DNA of 64,000 bases from contig JAFYUV010000007.1 of NCBI GenBank assembly GCA_017549425.1, forward strand, positions 33,342-97,341, given 5' to 3'. The notes under the pieces are model-generated. The model had not been told where the DNA came from, searched no databases, and worked only from the letters and a program-made list of their open reading frames with translations. The stretch comes from Clostridia bacterium (GTDB taxonomy: Bacteria > Bacillota > Clostridia > TANB77 > CAG-465). Shown here one piece after another: positions 1 to 7,751 of the stretch; position 1 is the stretch's first letter; each line of letters starts with the position of its first letter. A program made the translations under genes and the position numbers.

Positions 1-1
1 A

Positions 2-718
2 GAACAAATCGAAGAATTTACTAAAAATCATGGTATATTTATGCTAAAACCTATAGACGGCGGTTGCGGTAAAGGAATTGAAAAAATCAATATTGCAGAT
101 TATGATAATTTTGATGAATTATATAAATATTTAAGCGAAAATGGCCAAAATGCTATTTTAGAGGAATTAATAGTTCAGGATTCAAGTGTTGCTAAAATTA
201 ACCCTTACTCTATCAACACGGTAAGAGTGGTAACAATCGTTACTACAGAAGATGGGAAGTCTTTACTTGAAATTCCAGAGAATAAGAGGAAAGACGTTAA
301 ATTAAAATCTCATATTATATGTGCGTATTTTAGAATTGGTAATAACAAAAAATGTGTAGATAATTTTAATAGTGGAGGAATGGTTGCTCCTGTGGATGAA
401 ACAACTGGAATAGTATCTCAGGTAGCTATAGATAAAAATAAAGTTACATATATAAATCATCCTGAAACAGGTAGTCCAATTAAAGGATTTAAATTTCCTT
501 ATTGGGAACAAGTATTAACTATGTGTAAAGAAGCTTCTTTAAAGATACCAGAAATGGGATATGCGGGCTGGGATATAGCGTTTACGCCTAATGGCCCAGT
601 AATTGTTGAAGGGAATGAATTCCCAGGACATGATATATATCAACTACCAGAACATACTCCGGATAAAATAGGAATGATGGAGAAATTTAATTTTAGTAAG
701 GAAAAAATTAAAGTTTAA
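2..718 (+). CDS. ATP-grasp domain protein (TupA-like, sugar-transfer-associated), 5'-truncated at the window edge
   Basis: The frame is open from nt 2. The motif FMLKPIDGGCGKGI is typical of ATP-grasp ATP-binding loops. The ORF continues to the stop at 718. Confidence 0.55.
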   Translation, partial: EQIEEFTKNHGIFMLKPIDGGCGKGIEKINIADYDNFDELYKYLSENGQNAILEELIVQDSSVAKINPYSINTVRVVTIVTTEDGKSLLEIPENKRKDVKLKSHIICAYFRIGNNKKCVDNFNSGGMVAPVDETTGIVSQVAIDKNKVTYINHPETGSPIKGFKFPYWEQVLTMCKEASLKIPEMGYAGWDIAFTPNGPVIVEGNEFPGHDIYQLPEHTPDKIGMMEKFNFSKEKIKV

Positions 719-741
719 AAAAGAGGGATACCCCTCTTTTT

Positions 742-1494
742 TTACATTACCTTGACCGCCACATTAAAACTTTCTGGCCCTGCTAAAGAATAAATTTTAA
801 CTATAGTCCATATATCTCCATTTTCATCTAAATATACAGGTAAATCTATGGTATTATTCTCAGAAGCTTCTGTTTTATTTAACATTTGTATATACCAAGC
901 ATCTTCAGACATTTCACTTGGATACTTCTGTATGAATGCGTTTTTTGAAGCTGTTTTTAAGTTTTCAAGATAAGTGTTTTCAGAAACATTTTTAGTTCCT
1001 ATAATATCTGTGTTTTCAACTTTATTTCCAGTATACACGTCTATGTTATATACTTTGTAACTAATATAATTATTAATTTCTGAAGTTACAACCAAAGATA
1101 AGATGTTATCATTTAAATATGAAAAATAGTTAAGATTATAATCAGCATAATTTTCGTTGTTGCTAAATATATTAGTTATTTCTTCATTAATGCTATTTGC
1201 ATATGTAGAATCTATGTTAACTGCAGGCAAATAGTGTGAGTAACTGCCTGTTGTTTTACTATAAGATAAGTACACCAAATCTTTAGTATCATCAACCTTT
1301 TTTATTTCCTTTACTGGAGTATTAACATGCGTGATAGAAGAAAGGTCATCATTTGTGCTATCACCACCATTGCTTGTCTGTCCAATTTGCTTATCAGTAC
1401 CTAGTTCTAAATATAAAATAGCGCCACATAGAGTTATTACAGTAATAAGTAAAAGTACAATTAATATTATTAATCCATTATTTCCTTTATTCAT
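742..1494 (-). CDS. membrane-anchored hypothetical protein (N-terminal signal-anchor, Asn/Tyr-rich extracellular domain)
   Basis: Long minus-strand ORF. The internal Met (MNKGNNG) is preceded by AGGAGGG 7 nt upstream, so I start it at 1494. A hydrophobic TM helix follows the start. Confidence 0.5.
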   Translation of the reverse strand: MNKGNNGLIILIVLLLITVITLCGAILYLELGTDKQIGQTSNGGDSTNDDLSSITHVNTPVKEIKKVDDTKDLVYLSYSKTTGSYSHYLPAVNIDSTYANSINEEITNIFSNNENYADYNLNYFSYLNDNILSLVVTSEINNYISYKVYNIDVYTGNKVENTDIIGTKNVSENTYLENLKTASKNAFIQKYPSEMSEDAWYIQMLNKTEASENNTIDLPVYLDENGDIWTIVKIYSLAGPESFNVAVKVM

Positions 1495-1811
1495 TATTAT
1501 CCCTCCTTTCTTTTGTTTAAAAAATATAATTTGAACGCAAAAAGACCTATGCTGTATGTATTTTACATACACAAAACACAGGCCAATATATTTGGTCTTG
1601 GTTTATATTATTTAGAAGGTCGCTCCTCACATTTACGGTTTTTACCAATTTTCTCATTTGCATTCTCCTTAACGATTATATATTATACAAAAAACTGTAA
1701 ATAGTCAAGAATATAATTTAATAACTTATCACAATTTTTGTTATTAATACATAATTACTTTATTTTAATAAAAAATTATGGTATAATGATGCGGTAGAAG
1801 AGGGGAAAACA

Positions 1812-3194
1812 ATGAAAAAGAATATAAAGTTTTATATAGCTTTGTACGTTGCTAAGTTAGGTACAATTGCTTTAAAAATAATGAAAAGGAATGCAACTTT
1901 TTATCCTGGAAAAGTTGCAATCAAGATATGCCCAGATTTTTTAGGTAGAATAGGTAAACCTAAAAAAATAATTGGTATAACAGGTACAAATGGTAAAACT
2001 ACTGTTTCAAATATGATAATAGATATATTAGAACACAACGGATATAAATTAGTAACAAACAAATTGGGAGCCAATATTAATGCGGGGATAGCAACATCTT
2101 TAATAGGAGATGCAAATCTTTTTGGAAATGCTAAATCTGAAATTGGCGTTTTTGAGATTGATGAAAGAAGTTCAATTAGAGTGTATCCGTACATTACTCC
2201 AGATTTTTTAGTTTGTACAAATCTTTTTAGAGATTCTATAAAGAGAAATGCCCATACTGAATATATTCAATCTATAATTAATAAAGATTTGCCTAAAGAA
2301 ACAACATTAATATTAAATGCAGATGATTTAATATGTTCAGGAGTTGGTTCTAAAGATAATAAAAAGATATATTTTGGCATAGATAAACTATCTTCTGATG
2401 TTACAGAATGTATTAATTTAATCCAAGATATAAAGACGTGTCCTGAATGTGATCATACTTTAACATTTGATTATTTAAGATACCACCATATAGGCAAGGC
2501 GCATTGTGATAAATGCGGATTTAAATCTCCAGGTGCAAATTATTTAGTAACAAGTATAAATATGGATAACATGACTATAGACATTTCTGCAAATGGAGAG
2601 GTTAATAATTATAAAATTTCTGCAAACGGTTTAATTAATATATATAATACTTTAGCGGCGGTGTCTCTTTGTAAGGAATTTGGTTTGACTTATGAAGAAA
2701 TAACAGATGCATTAAATAACTTTAAGGTAGTTAAATCAAGATTTAACGAAGAAAAGATAGGTAATGTAGATGTAATAATGCACTTGGCAAAAGGACAAAA
2801 TCCAGTTGCTTGTTCAAGGGTATTTGATTATATTAAAAATGAAGCCGGCAGCAAAGCGGTTATATTAAATTTGGATGATTATTTTGATGCTAGGGAAAGT
2901 TCTGAAAATTTAACGTGGATTTACGATACAGATTATGAACTTTTAAATGATGAAAGTATTAAACAAATTATAATTGGCGGAGTTAGAACAGAAGACCACT
3001 ATTTAAGATTATTGCTTGCTGGTGTGCCTCGCGAAAAAATTTCTTATGTAAAAGAAGAAATAAATACAGTAGAGTTATTAAAACTAGATAATATAGATAA
3101 GGTGTTTATAACTTATGACGTATATACTGTGGATATGGCAAATAAGGTAAAAGAAAAATTGAAACAAAAAATACAGGAAGGAGGGAATTGTTAA
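1812..3194 (+). CDS. murT: lipid II isoglutaminyl synthase subunit MurT (Mur-ligase-like)
   Basis: P-loop GITGTNGKTT, a Mur-ligase central domain, a Cys4 zinc ribbon (CPECDH...CDKCG) and a DUF1727-like C-terminus. An extended -10 (TGgTATAAT) lies near 1775-1790. Confidence 0.85.
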   Translation: MKKNIKFYIALYVAKLGTIALKIMKRNATFYPGKVAIKICPDFLGRIGKPKKIIGITGTNGKTTVSNMIIDILEHNGYKLVTNKLGANINAGIATSLIGDANLFGNAKSEIGVFEIDERSSIRVYPYITPDFLVCTNLFRDSIKRNAHTEYIQSIINKDLPKETTLILNADDLICSGVGSKDNKKIYFGIDKLSSDVTECINLIQDIKTCPECDHTLTFDYLRYHHIGKAHCDKCGFKSPGANYLVTSINMDNMTIDISANGEVNNYKISANGLINIYNTLAAVSLCKEFGLTYEEITDALNNFKVVKSRFNEEKIGNVDVIMHLAKGQNPVACSRVFDYIKNEAGSKAVILNLDDYFDARESSENLTWIYDTDYELLNDESIKQIIIGGVRTEDHYLRLLLAGVPREKISYVKEEINTVELLKLDNIDKVFITYDVYTVDMANKVKEKLKQKIQEGGNC

Positions 3195-3895
3195 TGAAAG
3201 TAGAAGTGCTATTTCCTGAATTTTGTAATCTTTATGGAGATTTAGCAAATATTAAATATTTAGAAAAAAGTGTTAAAGATATTGAGGTAATACATACTCC
3301 ATTAACAGGAACTCCTAGATTTATTTCTGATGACATAGATATGGTATATATGTGTTCTATGACAGAAAAAACTCAAGAAAAAGTTATAGAGAAATTAAAG
3401 CCTTATACCGAAAAAATAAAGGAATTAATAAATGGAAATAAATTGTTTTTATGTACTGGGAACGCATTTGAAGTTTTTGGAAATTACATAGAAAACGAAG
3501 ACGGAAGCAAGATAGAAGGACTAAAAGTTTTAGATTGTCATTCTAAAAGGGATATGCTAAATAGACATGCTAGCATGTTTTTAGGTGAATTTGAAGATTT
3601 AAAAATGATTGGATTTAAGAATCAATTTAGTCAAACTTATGGAGATAATGCAAATTGCTTTTTTGCCAAGGCAATAAAAGGAATTGGATTGAATCCTGAA
3701 ACTAGATTGGAAGGAATTCGTGTTAATAATTTTATTGGTACTTATTTGTTAGGCCCGTTATTTATATTGAATCCGTTATTTTTCAAAAAAATTATGGATA
3801 TATTGAAAATAGAAGATTATACATTGGCTTTTGAAGAAGAAATAATGGCTGTATATAATAAAAGATTAAACGAATTTGAGACTCTTGATTTTTAG
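3194..3895 (+). CDS. gatD: glutamine amidotransferase GatD (CobB/CobQ-like GATase partner of MurT)
   Basis: Its ATG overlaps the murT stop (taATG). RBS AGGAAGGAGGG lies 7 nt upstream. It shows class-I GATase-like similarity to S. aureus GatD and the typical murT-gatD gene order. Confidence 0.75.
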   Translation: MKVEVLFPEFCNLYGDLANIKYLEKSVKDIEVIHTPLTGTPRFISDDIDMVYMCSMTEKTQEKVIEKLKPYTEKIKELINGNKLFLCTGNAFEVFGNYIENEDGSKIEGLKVLDCHSKRDMLNRHASMFLGEFEDLKMIGFKNQFSQTYGDNANCFFAKAIKGIGLNPETRLEGIRVNNFIGTYLLGPLFILNPLFFKKIMDILKIEDYTLAFEEEIMAVYNKRLNEFETLDF

Positions 3896-3904
3896 GTGGA
3901 CAGT

Positions 3905-4852
3905 ATGAATTTTTTAAAAAAGGTAATAAATATAACAATATATATAATAATATTTGCTGTTTTAGTTGTTGGAATTTTATATATAACAGAGTATTCCCCA
4001 AAACCTATTGAAGAGCTTAAAGTTATAGGTTCTTCTTCTAAGAAATTAAAAAAAGGGGAAGAAGTAACAGTTGTATCTTTTAATTTACGTGGATTAGTAA
4101 CAACAAATAACGAAGGTAATAATGAGAATCTTGAAACTGAAGAAGTAATTAATGCAAATATAGAAAAGGTGCAGGAGTTATTAAAGGGAAATAAACCGGA
4201 TATCATTCTTTTGCAAGATGTAGATTATAAATCTCATCGTTCAGACAATATAAATGAATATTCTGAAATTGCAAAAATATATGAAGGAACAAGTTCTTTT
4301 GCAACTAAATATAAAACATTATTTCCATATGAGACCGAAGAAATAGGAAGAAAAATACATTCTGGTCAAAGTATTTTAAGTAAATTTGAGTGTGACAGCT
4401 ATAGAATATCTCTACCTATAAAAAACAGATTTCCATTAAGAATATTTTTCCCAAGACAATGCTTGCAAAAGCAAATATTTAAAATAGAAGAAAGTGATAA
4501 ATCTTTAATAGTAATAAATTTAGATTTGGAGCAATATGACGAAGAAGTAAGGTTAAAACAACTAGATTATTTAAAAGCGGAAATATTAGAGGAGTATAAC
4601 AAAGGTAACTTTGTTATTGCGGGAGGTAGCTTCTATATGCCTCTTGTAAACAAGGAAGGTGTGGATTCTAAGAACATACCTGAATATCTAGAGTTAGATG
4701 AGTGGCAATATAAGAGTTTTGAAGATGAGGGAATTATTACAAATGGGTATATAATATCACCAAATGTAACAATAAATAAAATAGAAGAACTAGATTGTGA
4801 GTGTAATGTAGAAAATCATAAAGCATTAGCAATCAAAATTAAATTAAAATAA
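3905..4852 (+). CDS. membrane-anchored endonuclease/exonuclease/phosphatase (EEP) family protein
   Basis: N-terminal TM helix. The motif DIILLQDVD matches the EEP-family 'LLQEVD' block. RBS AGGTGGA precedes it, and it directly abuts the gatD stop (operonic). Confidence 0.55.
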   Translation: MNFLKKVINITIYIIIFAVLVVGILYITEYSPKPIEELKVIGSSSKKLKKGEEVTVVSFNLRGLVTTNNEGNNENLETEEVINANIEKVQELLKGNKPDIILLQDVDYKSHRSDNINEYSEIAKIYEGTSSFATKYKTLFPYETEEIGRKIHSGQSILSKFECDSYRISLPIKNRFPLRIFFPRQCLQKQIFKIEESDKSLIVINLDLEQYDEEVRLKQLDYLKAEILEEYNKGNFVIAGGSFYMPLVNKEGVDSKNIPEYLELDEWQYKSFEDEGIITNGYIISPNVTINKIEELDCECNVENHKALAIKIKLK

Positions 4853-4953
4853 ATATAAAGCTTGGCATAATTTGTCAAGCTTTTATTAAAAGTGTATAAA
4901 TATATATACAAAATTAATATTATATGATATTATTTTGCAATAAAGGTGAAAAT

Positions 4954-5943
4954 ATGTCAAAAAATGATAAATTTAATTTAGCCATAAAAATTGTTGTTAT
5001 AGTTTTAGCTTCAATAAATTTATTGTTAATATCTGCGATTATAGTATTTAAATATTATAATAACAGACTAGAGTTTAATACATCGGTTTTAGAAAAAAAT
5101 ACAAATGAAATCTTGGGAGAATATACGAAAGAAGCTTTAAACAAAGAGGTAGAAAAATTAGATAAAGAAGTAAATCAAGTGCTTTCATTGTATTTAGAGT
5201 ATAATATTAATACGGATGATAAAAATGGATACATACAATTTATTGAAGAATTAAAACAAAATATTGAAGAAAAAAGTAAAGATAATAAAGAGCTAAAATT
5301 AAAAAAAGAAACCCTGACTAATAAATATAGTGCTTTGCAAGAAAAATGGGAGCTGTTAACAACATATATAATTCCAGGGGTTACAACTATTAATCAAAAT
5401 CCTAGATACCCTAATGGCTGTGAAGGAATAGCGCTTGCTATTTTACTTAGATATTATGGTGTAAATGTAAATATAGATTCAGTTATGGAAGCTCTTCCAA
5501 AAGGTAAAACTCCATATACAGAGAATGGAATTTTATATGGTGGAAATCCTAATTATGAGTTTTTGGGGGATCCAAGAAGCATTGAAGGATGGGGAATATG
5601 GGATAAAGGCCTTGCTATTACAGCAAATAAATTTAAAAGTGGAATTATTAATGGAACAGGCATGGATTTTTCTGAAGTTTTAGAGATAGTAAAGAGTAAT
5701 AGACCTGTTATTATTTGGACGTCAATAGGATTAAAGAGCCCTAGAATATATAAAAAATGGATATATAAAGAAACTGGAGAAATAATAACATGGAAGAGTT
5801 ATAATCATGCTGTTGTTGTAGTGGGATATTCTGATGGAAAGATTATTGTTTCAGATCCAATAGATGGTAAAATAAAATACTTTGATAAAGATAATTTTAT
5901 ATATGTATATAACTATATGGGGAAAAAAGCTATATATTATTAA
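4954..5943 (+). CDS. membrane-anchored C39-like (Peptidase_C39_2) cysteine peptidase with a coiled-coil linker
   Basis: N-terminal TM and a roughly 100-aa coiled coil. C-terminal domain with the Cys motif QNPRYPNGCEGIALAILLRYYG and the His motif NHAVVVVGYSDG. RBS AAAGGTGA precedes the ATG at 4954. Confidence 0.6.
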   Translation: MSKNDKFNLAIKIVVIVLASINLLLISAIIVFKYYNNRLEFNTSVLEKNTNEILGEYTKEALNKEVEKLDKEVNQVLSLYLEYNINTDDKNGYIQFIEELKQNIEEKSKDNKELKLKKETLTNKYSALQEKWELLTTYIIPGVTTINQNPRYPNGCEGIALAILLRYYGVNVNIDSVMEALPKGKTPYTENGILYGGNPNYEFLGDPRSIEGWGIWDKGLAITANKFKSGIINGTGMDFSEVLEIVKSNRPVIIWTSIGLKSPRIYKKWIYKETGEIITWKSYNHAVVVVGYSDGKIIVSDPIDGKIKYFDKDNFIYVYNYMGKKAIYY

Positions 5944-5955
5944 AGAGGAGAAAGA

Positions 5956-6297
5956 ATGATAAGAAAAAGAATAATATTTGGTGCGGTAATTATTATTAAT
6001 ATTATGTTGTTAATTGCTTTAGGAGTTATTACATATAATTCAATTTGTAAATATAATGAATTAAGCAGTAAAAACATGGAAAACGAGGAAGAGTATATCC
6101 AAACAAATTATTTAAGGAATCAGCTAGAAAATTTAAAATTAAAAGCGCAAGCATTAAATTTAAATGATGAAGAATTAAATAATTTGTTAAGTAAAATTAA
6201 TGAAGTAAATAAAGAAGAAGCAAAATATAATGAAGAGATAGATAAATATGAAAAACTAATAAAAGAAATAGAATTAAAAATAAATAAATTAACATAA
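5956..6297 (+). CDS. small membrane-anchored coiled-coil protein
   Basis: ORF with RBS GAGGAGAAAG, an N-terminal TM helix and a Lys/Glu-rich heptad-like C-terminus. It forms a two-gene unit with the C39-like peptidase. Confidence 0.4.
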   Translation: MIRKRIIFGAVIIINIMLLIALGVITYNSICKYNELSSKNMENEEEYIQTNYLRNQLENLKLKAQALNLNDEELNNLLSKINEVNKEEAKYNEEIDKYEKLIKEIELKINKLT

Positions 6298-6300
6298 AAA

Positions 6301-6330
6301 AGTCCAGCAAATTTGCTGGACTTTTCGTTT
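6301..6330. terminator. bidirectional rho-independent terminator
   Basis: Perfect hairpin AGTCCAGCAAATTTGCTGGACT followed by TTTTCGTTT; an A-run lies on the other side. Confidence 0.7.
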
Positions 6331-6343
6331 TACTGGGCAAAGT

Positions 6344-7069
6344 TTACTTGGTAACTTTGACTTTTACAAGGTAAATTGTGTCTGAAGTTTCTACCAAGTA
6401 AACAGTCTGGGAAAACTGAGTAATCTTGATAGGCGAACCGCCATACTTCACATTTTCCCACGCGTCAGAGCTCAGAGAGTATCTCTTGAAGCCTGCAAAG
6501 TTTTTGCTCAGCTCAGGAGCGCTTTCGGAACTTGCTATAAAGAAACGCTTCTTAATGAAACAAGATTCTTTATAGATGCCTTCAACTTCTGCAAGGCGAT
6601 AGTAGAGTGCGTCTCCGTGCATCAAAGCTTCTATAACCGTGTAATTTTCGCCGATTTCGATATCTTTGACACACTTGTCTGCTTTGACGGTGAAGTGATA
6701 GGTGCCTTGTTCCGGTACTTTTTCAAGCATTATCCAGTACAATGCATCTACTGTTTCCACAAGATAAATTCCGGGCAGATATGGAGCAACATCCAATATA
6801 ATACCTGCATAAGGAATTTTATCCCATTTGCCATCGCCCATTCTTTCAATGTCTGTGAGAGCTTTGCCCGTTACAGGCATTGACGTTGTGATTGCGATGT
6901 AAACCTTTTTCATAAAGAAAAGGGTTGTGGGATAAACATCCCGAAGACCAATAATCTTGTAGTGAGGTATTCCTGAGACATCTATGATGTCTGTTGCTGT
7001 GTAGGTGCCTCCTGCTTCAAGGACATCGTTGCCGCTTTTAGCCAGGAGCTGGAATCTCTTTTTAAACAT
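6344..7069 (-). CDS. hypothetical protein on a locally GC-rich segment (about 42-45% GC against about 27% around it)
   Basis: Minus-strand ORF. Start chosen at MFKKRF, with RBS AAGGAGAAAA 6 nt upstream. Composition is clearly atypical for the window. I recognise no family. Confidence 0.5.
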   Translation of the reverse strand: MFKKRFQLLAKSGNDVLEAGGTYTATDIIDVSGIPHYKIIGLRDVYPTTLFFMKKVYIAITTSMPVTGKALTDIERMGDGKWDKIPYAGIILDVAPYLPGIYLVETVDALYWIMLEKVPEQGTYHFTVKADKCVKDIEIGENYTVIEALMHGDALYYRLAEVEGIYKESCFIKKRFFIASSESAPELSKNFAGFKRYSLSSDAWENVKYGGSPIKITQFSQTVYLVETSDTIYLVKVKVTK

Positions 7070-7243
7070 AAAATTTTTCTCCTTTTTTCTAACAACCAAC
7101 TGTGGTTGCGTATTTTTTATGGACTACAACTATATTTTAACATATTTTTGTAATAATGTCAATATACATGCAGGATGGAGTAAACATAAAAAAGAATTAG
7201 AAATAAAACATGGGGAGTGATATGTAAAAAGAAAATAAAAAAA

Positions 7244-7269
7244 TACCAAGCCTTAAAAGGTTTGGTATA
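7244..7269 (-). terminator. terminator of tRNA-fMet
   Basis: Hairpin TACCAAGCC-TTAAAAG-GTTTGGTA, followed on the minus strand by a T-run. Confidence 0.5.
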
Positions 7270-7270
7270 A

Positions 7271-7345
7271 GTGGTTGCGGGGACAGGACTTGAACCTGTG
7301 ACCTTCGGGTTATGAGCCCGACGAGCTGCCAGCTGCTCTACCCCG
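7271..7345 (-). tRNA. initiator tRNA-fMet (anticodon CAT)
   Basis: Reverse complement is CGCGGGGTAGAGCAGCTGGC...GGGCTCATAACCCGA...CCCCGCAACCA. It has a C1-A72 mismatch, three G-C pairs in the anticodon stem, the CAU anticodon and an encoded CCA. Confidence 0.85.
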
Positions 7346-7357
7346 CGATGTATGCAT

Positions 7358-7388
7358 TAAGTATAATATAATTATATTAATATGTCAA
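7358..7388 (-). promoter_or_regulatory. candidate sigma-A promoter for tRNA-fMet
   Basis: On the minus strand, TTGACA then 19 nt then TATACT, ending about 12 nt before the tRNA 5' end. Confidence 0.35.
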
Positions 7389-7426
7389 GAAAATATTAAT
7401 AAAAATATAAAAATATTTTAAATTCG

Positions 7427-7455
7427 TTGTAAATATCATATATTTATGATATAAT
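7427..7455 (+). promoter_or_regulatory. candidate promoter for secG-rnr
   Basis: TTGTAA, a 17-nt spacer, then the extended -10 TGaTATAAT, about 45 nt upstream of the secG RBS. Confidence 0.4.
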
Positions 7456-7502
7456 GTTAGCCTGAAAAGAGAATTAAAGTTATATTATGGAGGGATAACA
7501 AA

Positions 7503-7742
7503 ATGATAGGTTGGATTGCATGGATATTAATAGGATTAACAATGTTAGTTGCAATAGCTTTAATTATTGTGGTTATGATGCAAGATTCTAAGGAAGGTTC
7601 TTCAAGTGTATTAGGGAACAATACATTTTATGGAGCTAATAAAGGGAAAACAATGGATGGCATTCTTTCAAAACTTACAGTTATATTAGGAATTGCGTTT
7701 ATAATTTTATGCTTTGTAACTACTATAGCTATAACAAAATAA
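7503..7742 (+). CDS. secG: preprotein translocase subunit SecG
   Basis: 79 aa with two TM helices. The loop MQDSKEGSSSVLG is conserved, and secG-rnr is the usual gene order. Confidence 0.8.
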   Translation: MIGWIAWILIGLTMLVAIALIIVVMMQDSKEGSSSVLGNNTFYGANKGKTMDGILSKLTVILGIAFIILCFVTTIAITK

Positions 7743-7751
7743 AGGAATATT

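Noticed and set aside
302-511. Numerous 60-165-aa minus-strand ORFs embedded in plus-strand genes (e.g. 302..511, 1901..2194, 8036..8533, 10613..11149, 16157..16486, 47005..47505, 53836..54186)
   Set aside because: They lie antisense to well-supported genes. They are Phe/Ile/Leu/Ser-rich, as expected from the reverse complement of AT-rich coding sequence, and have no RBS. They are spurious.
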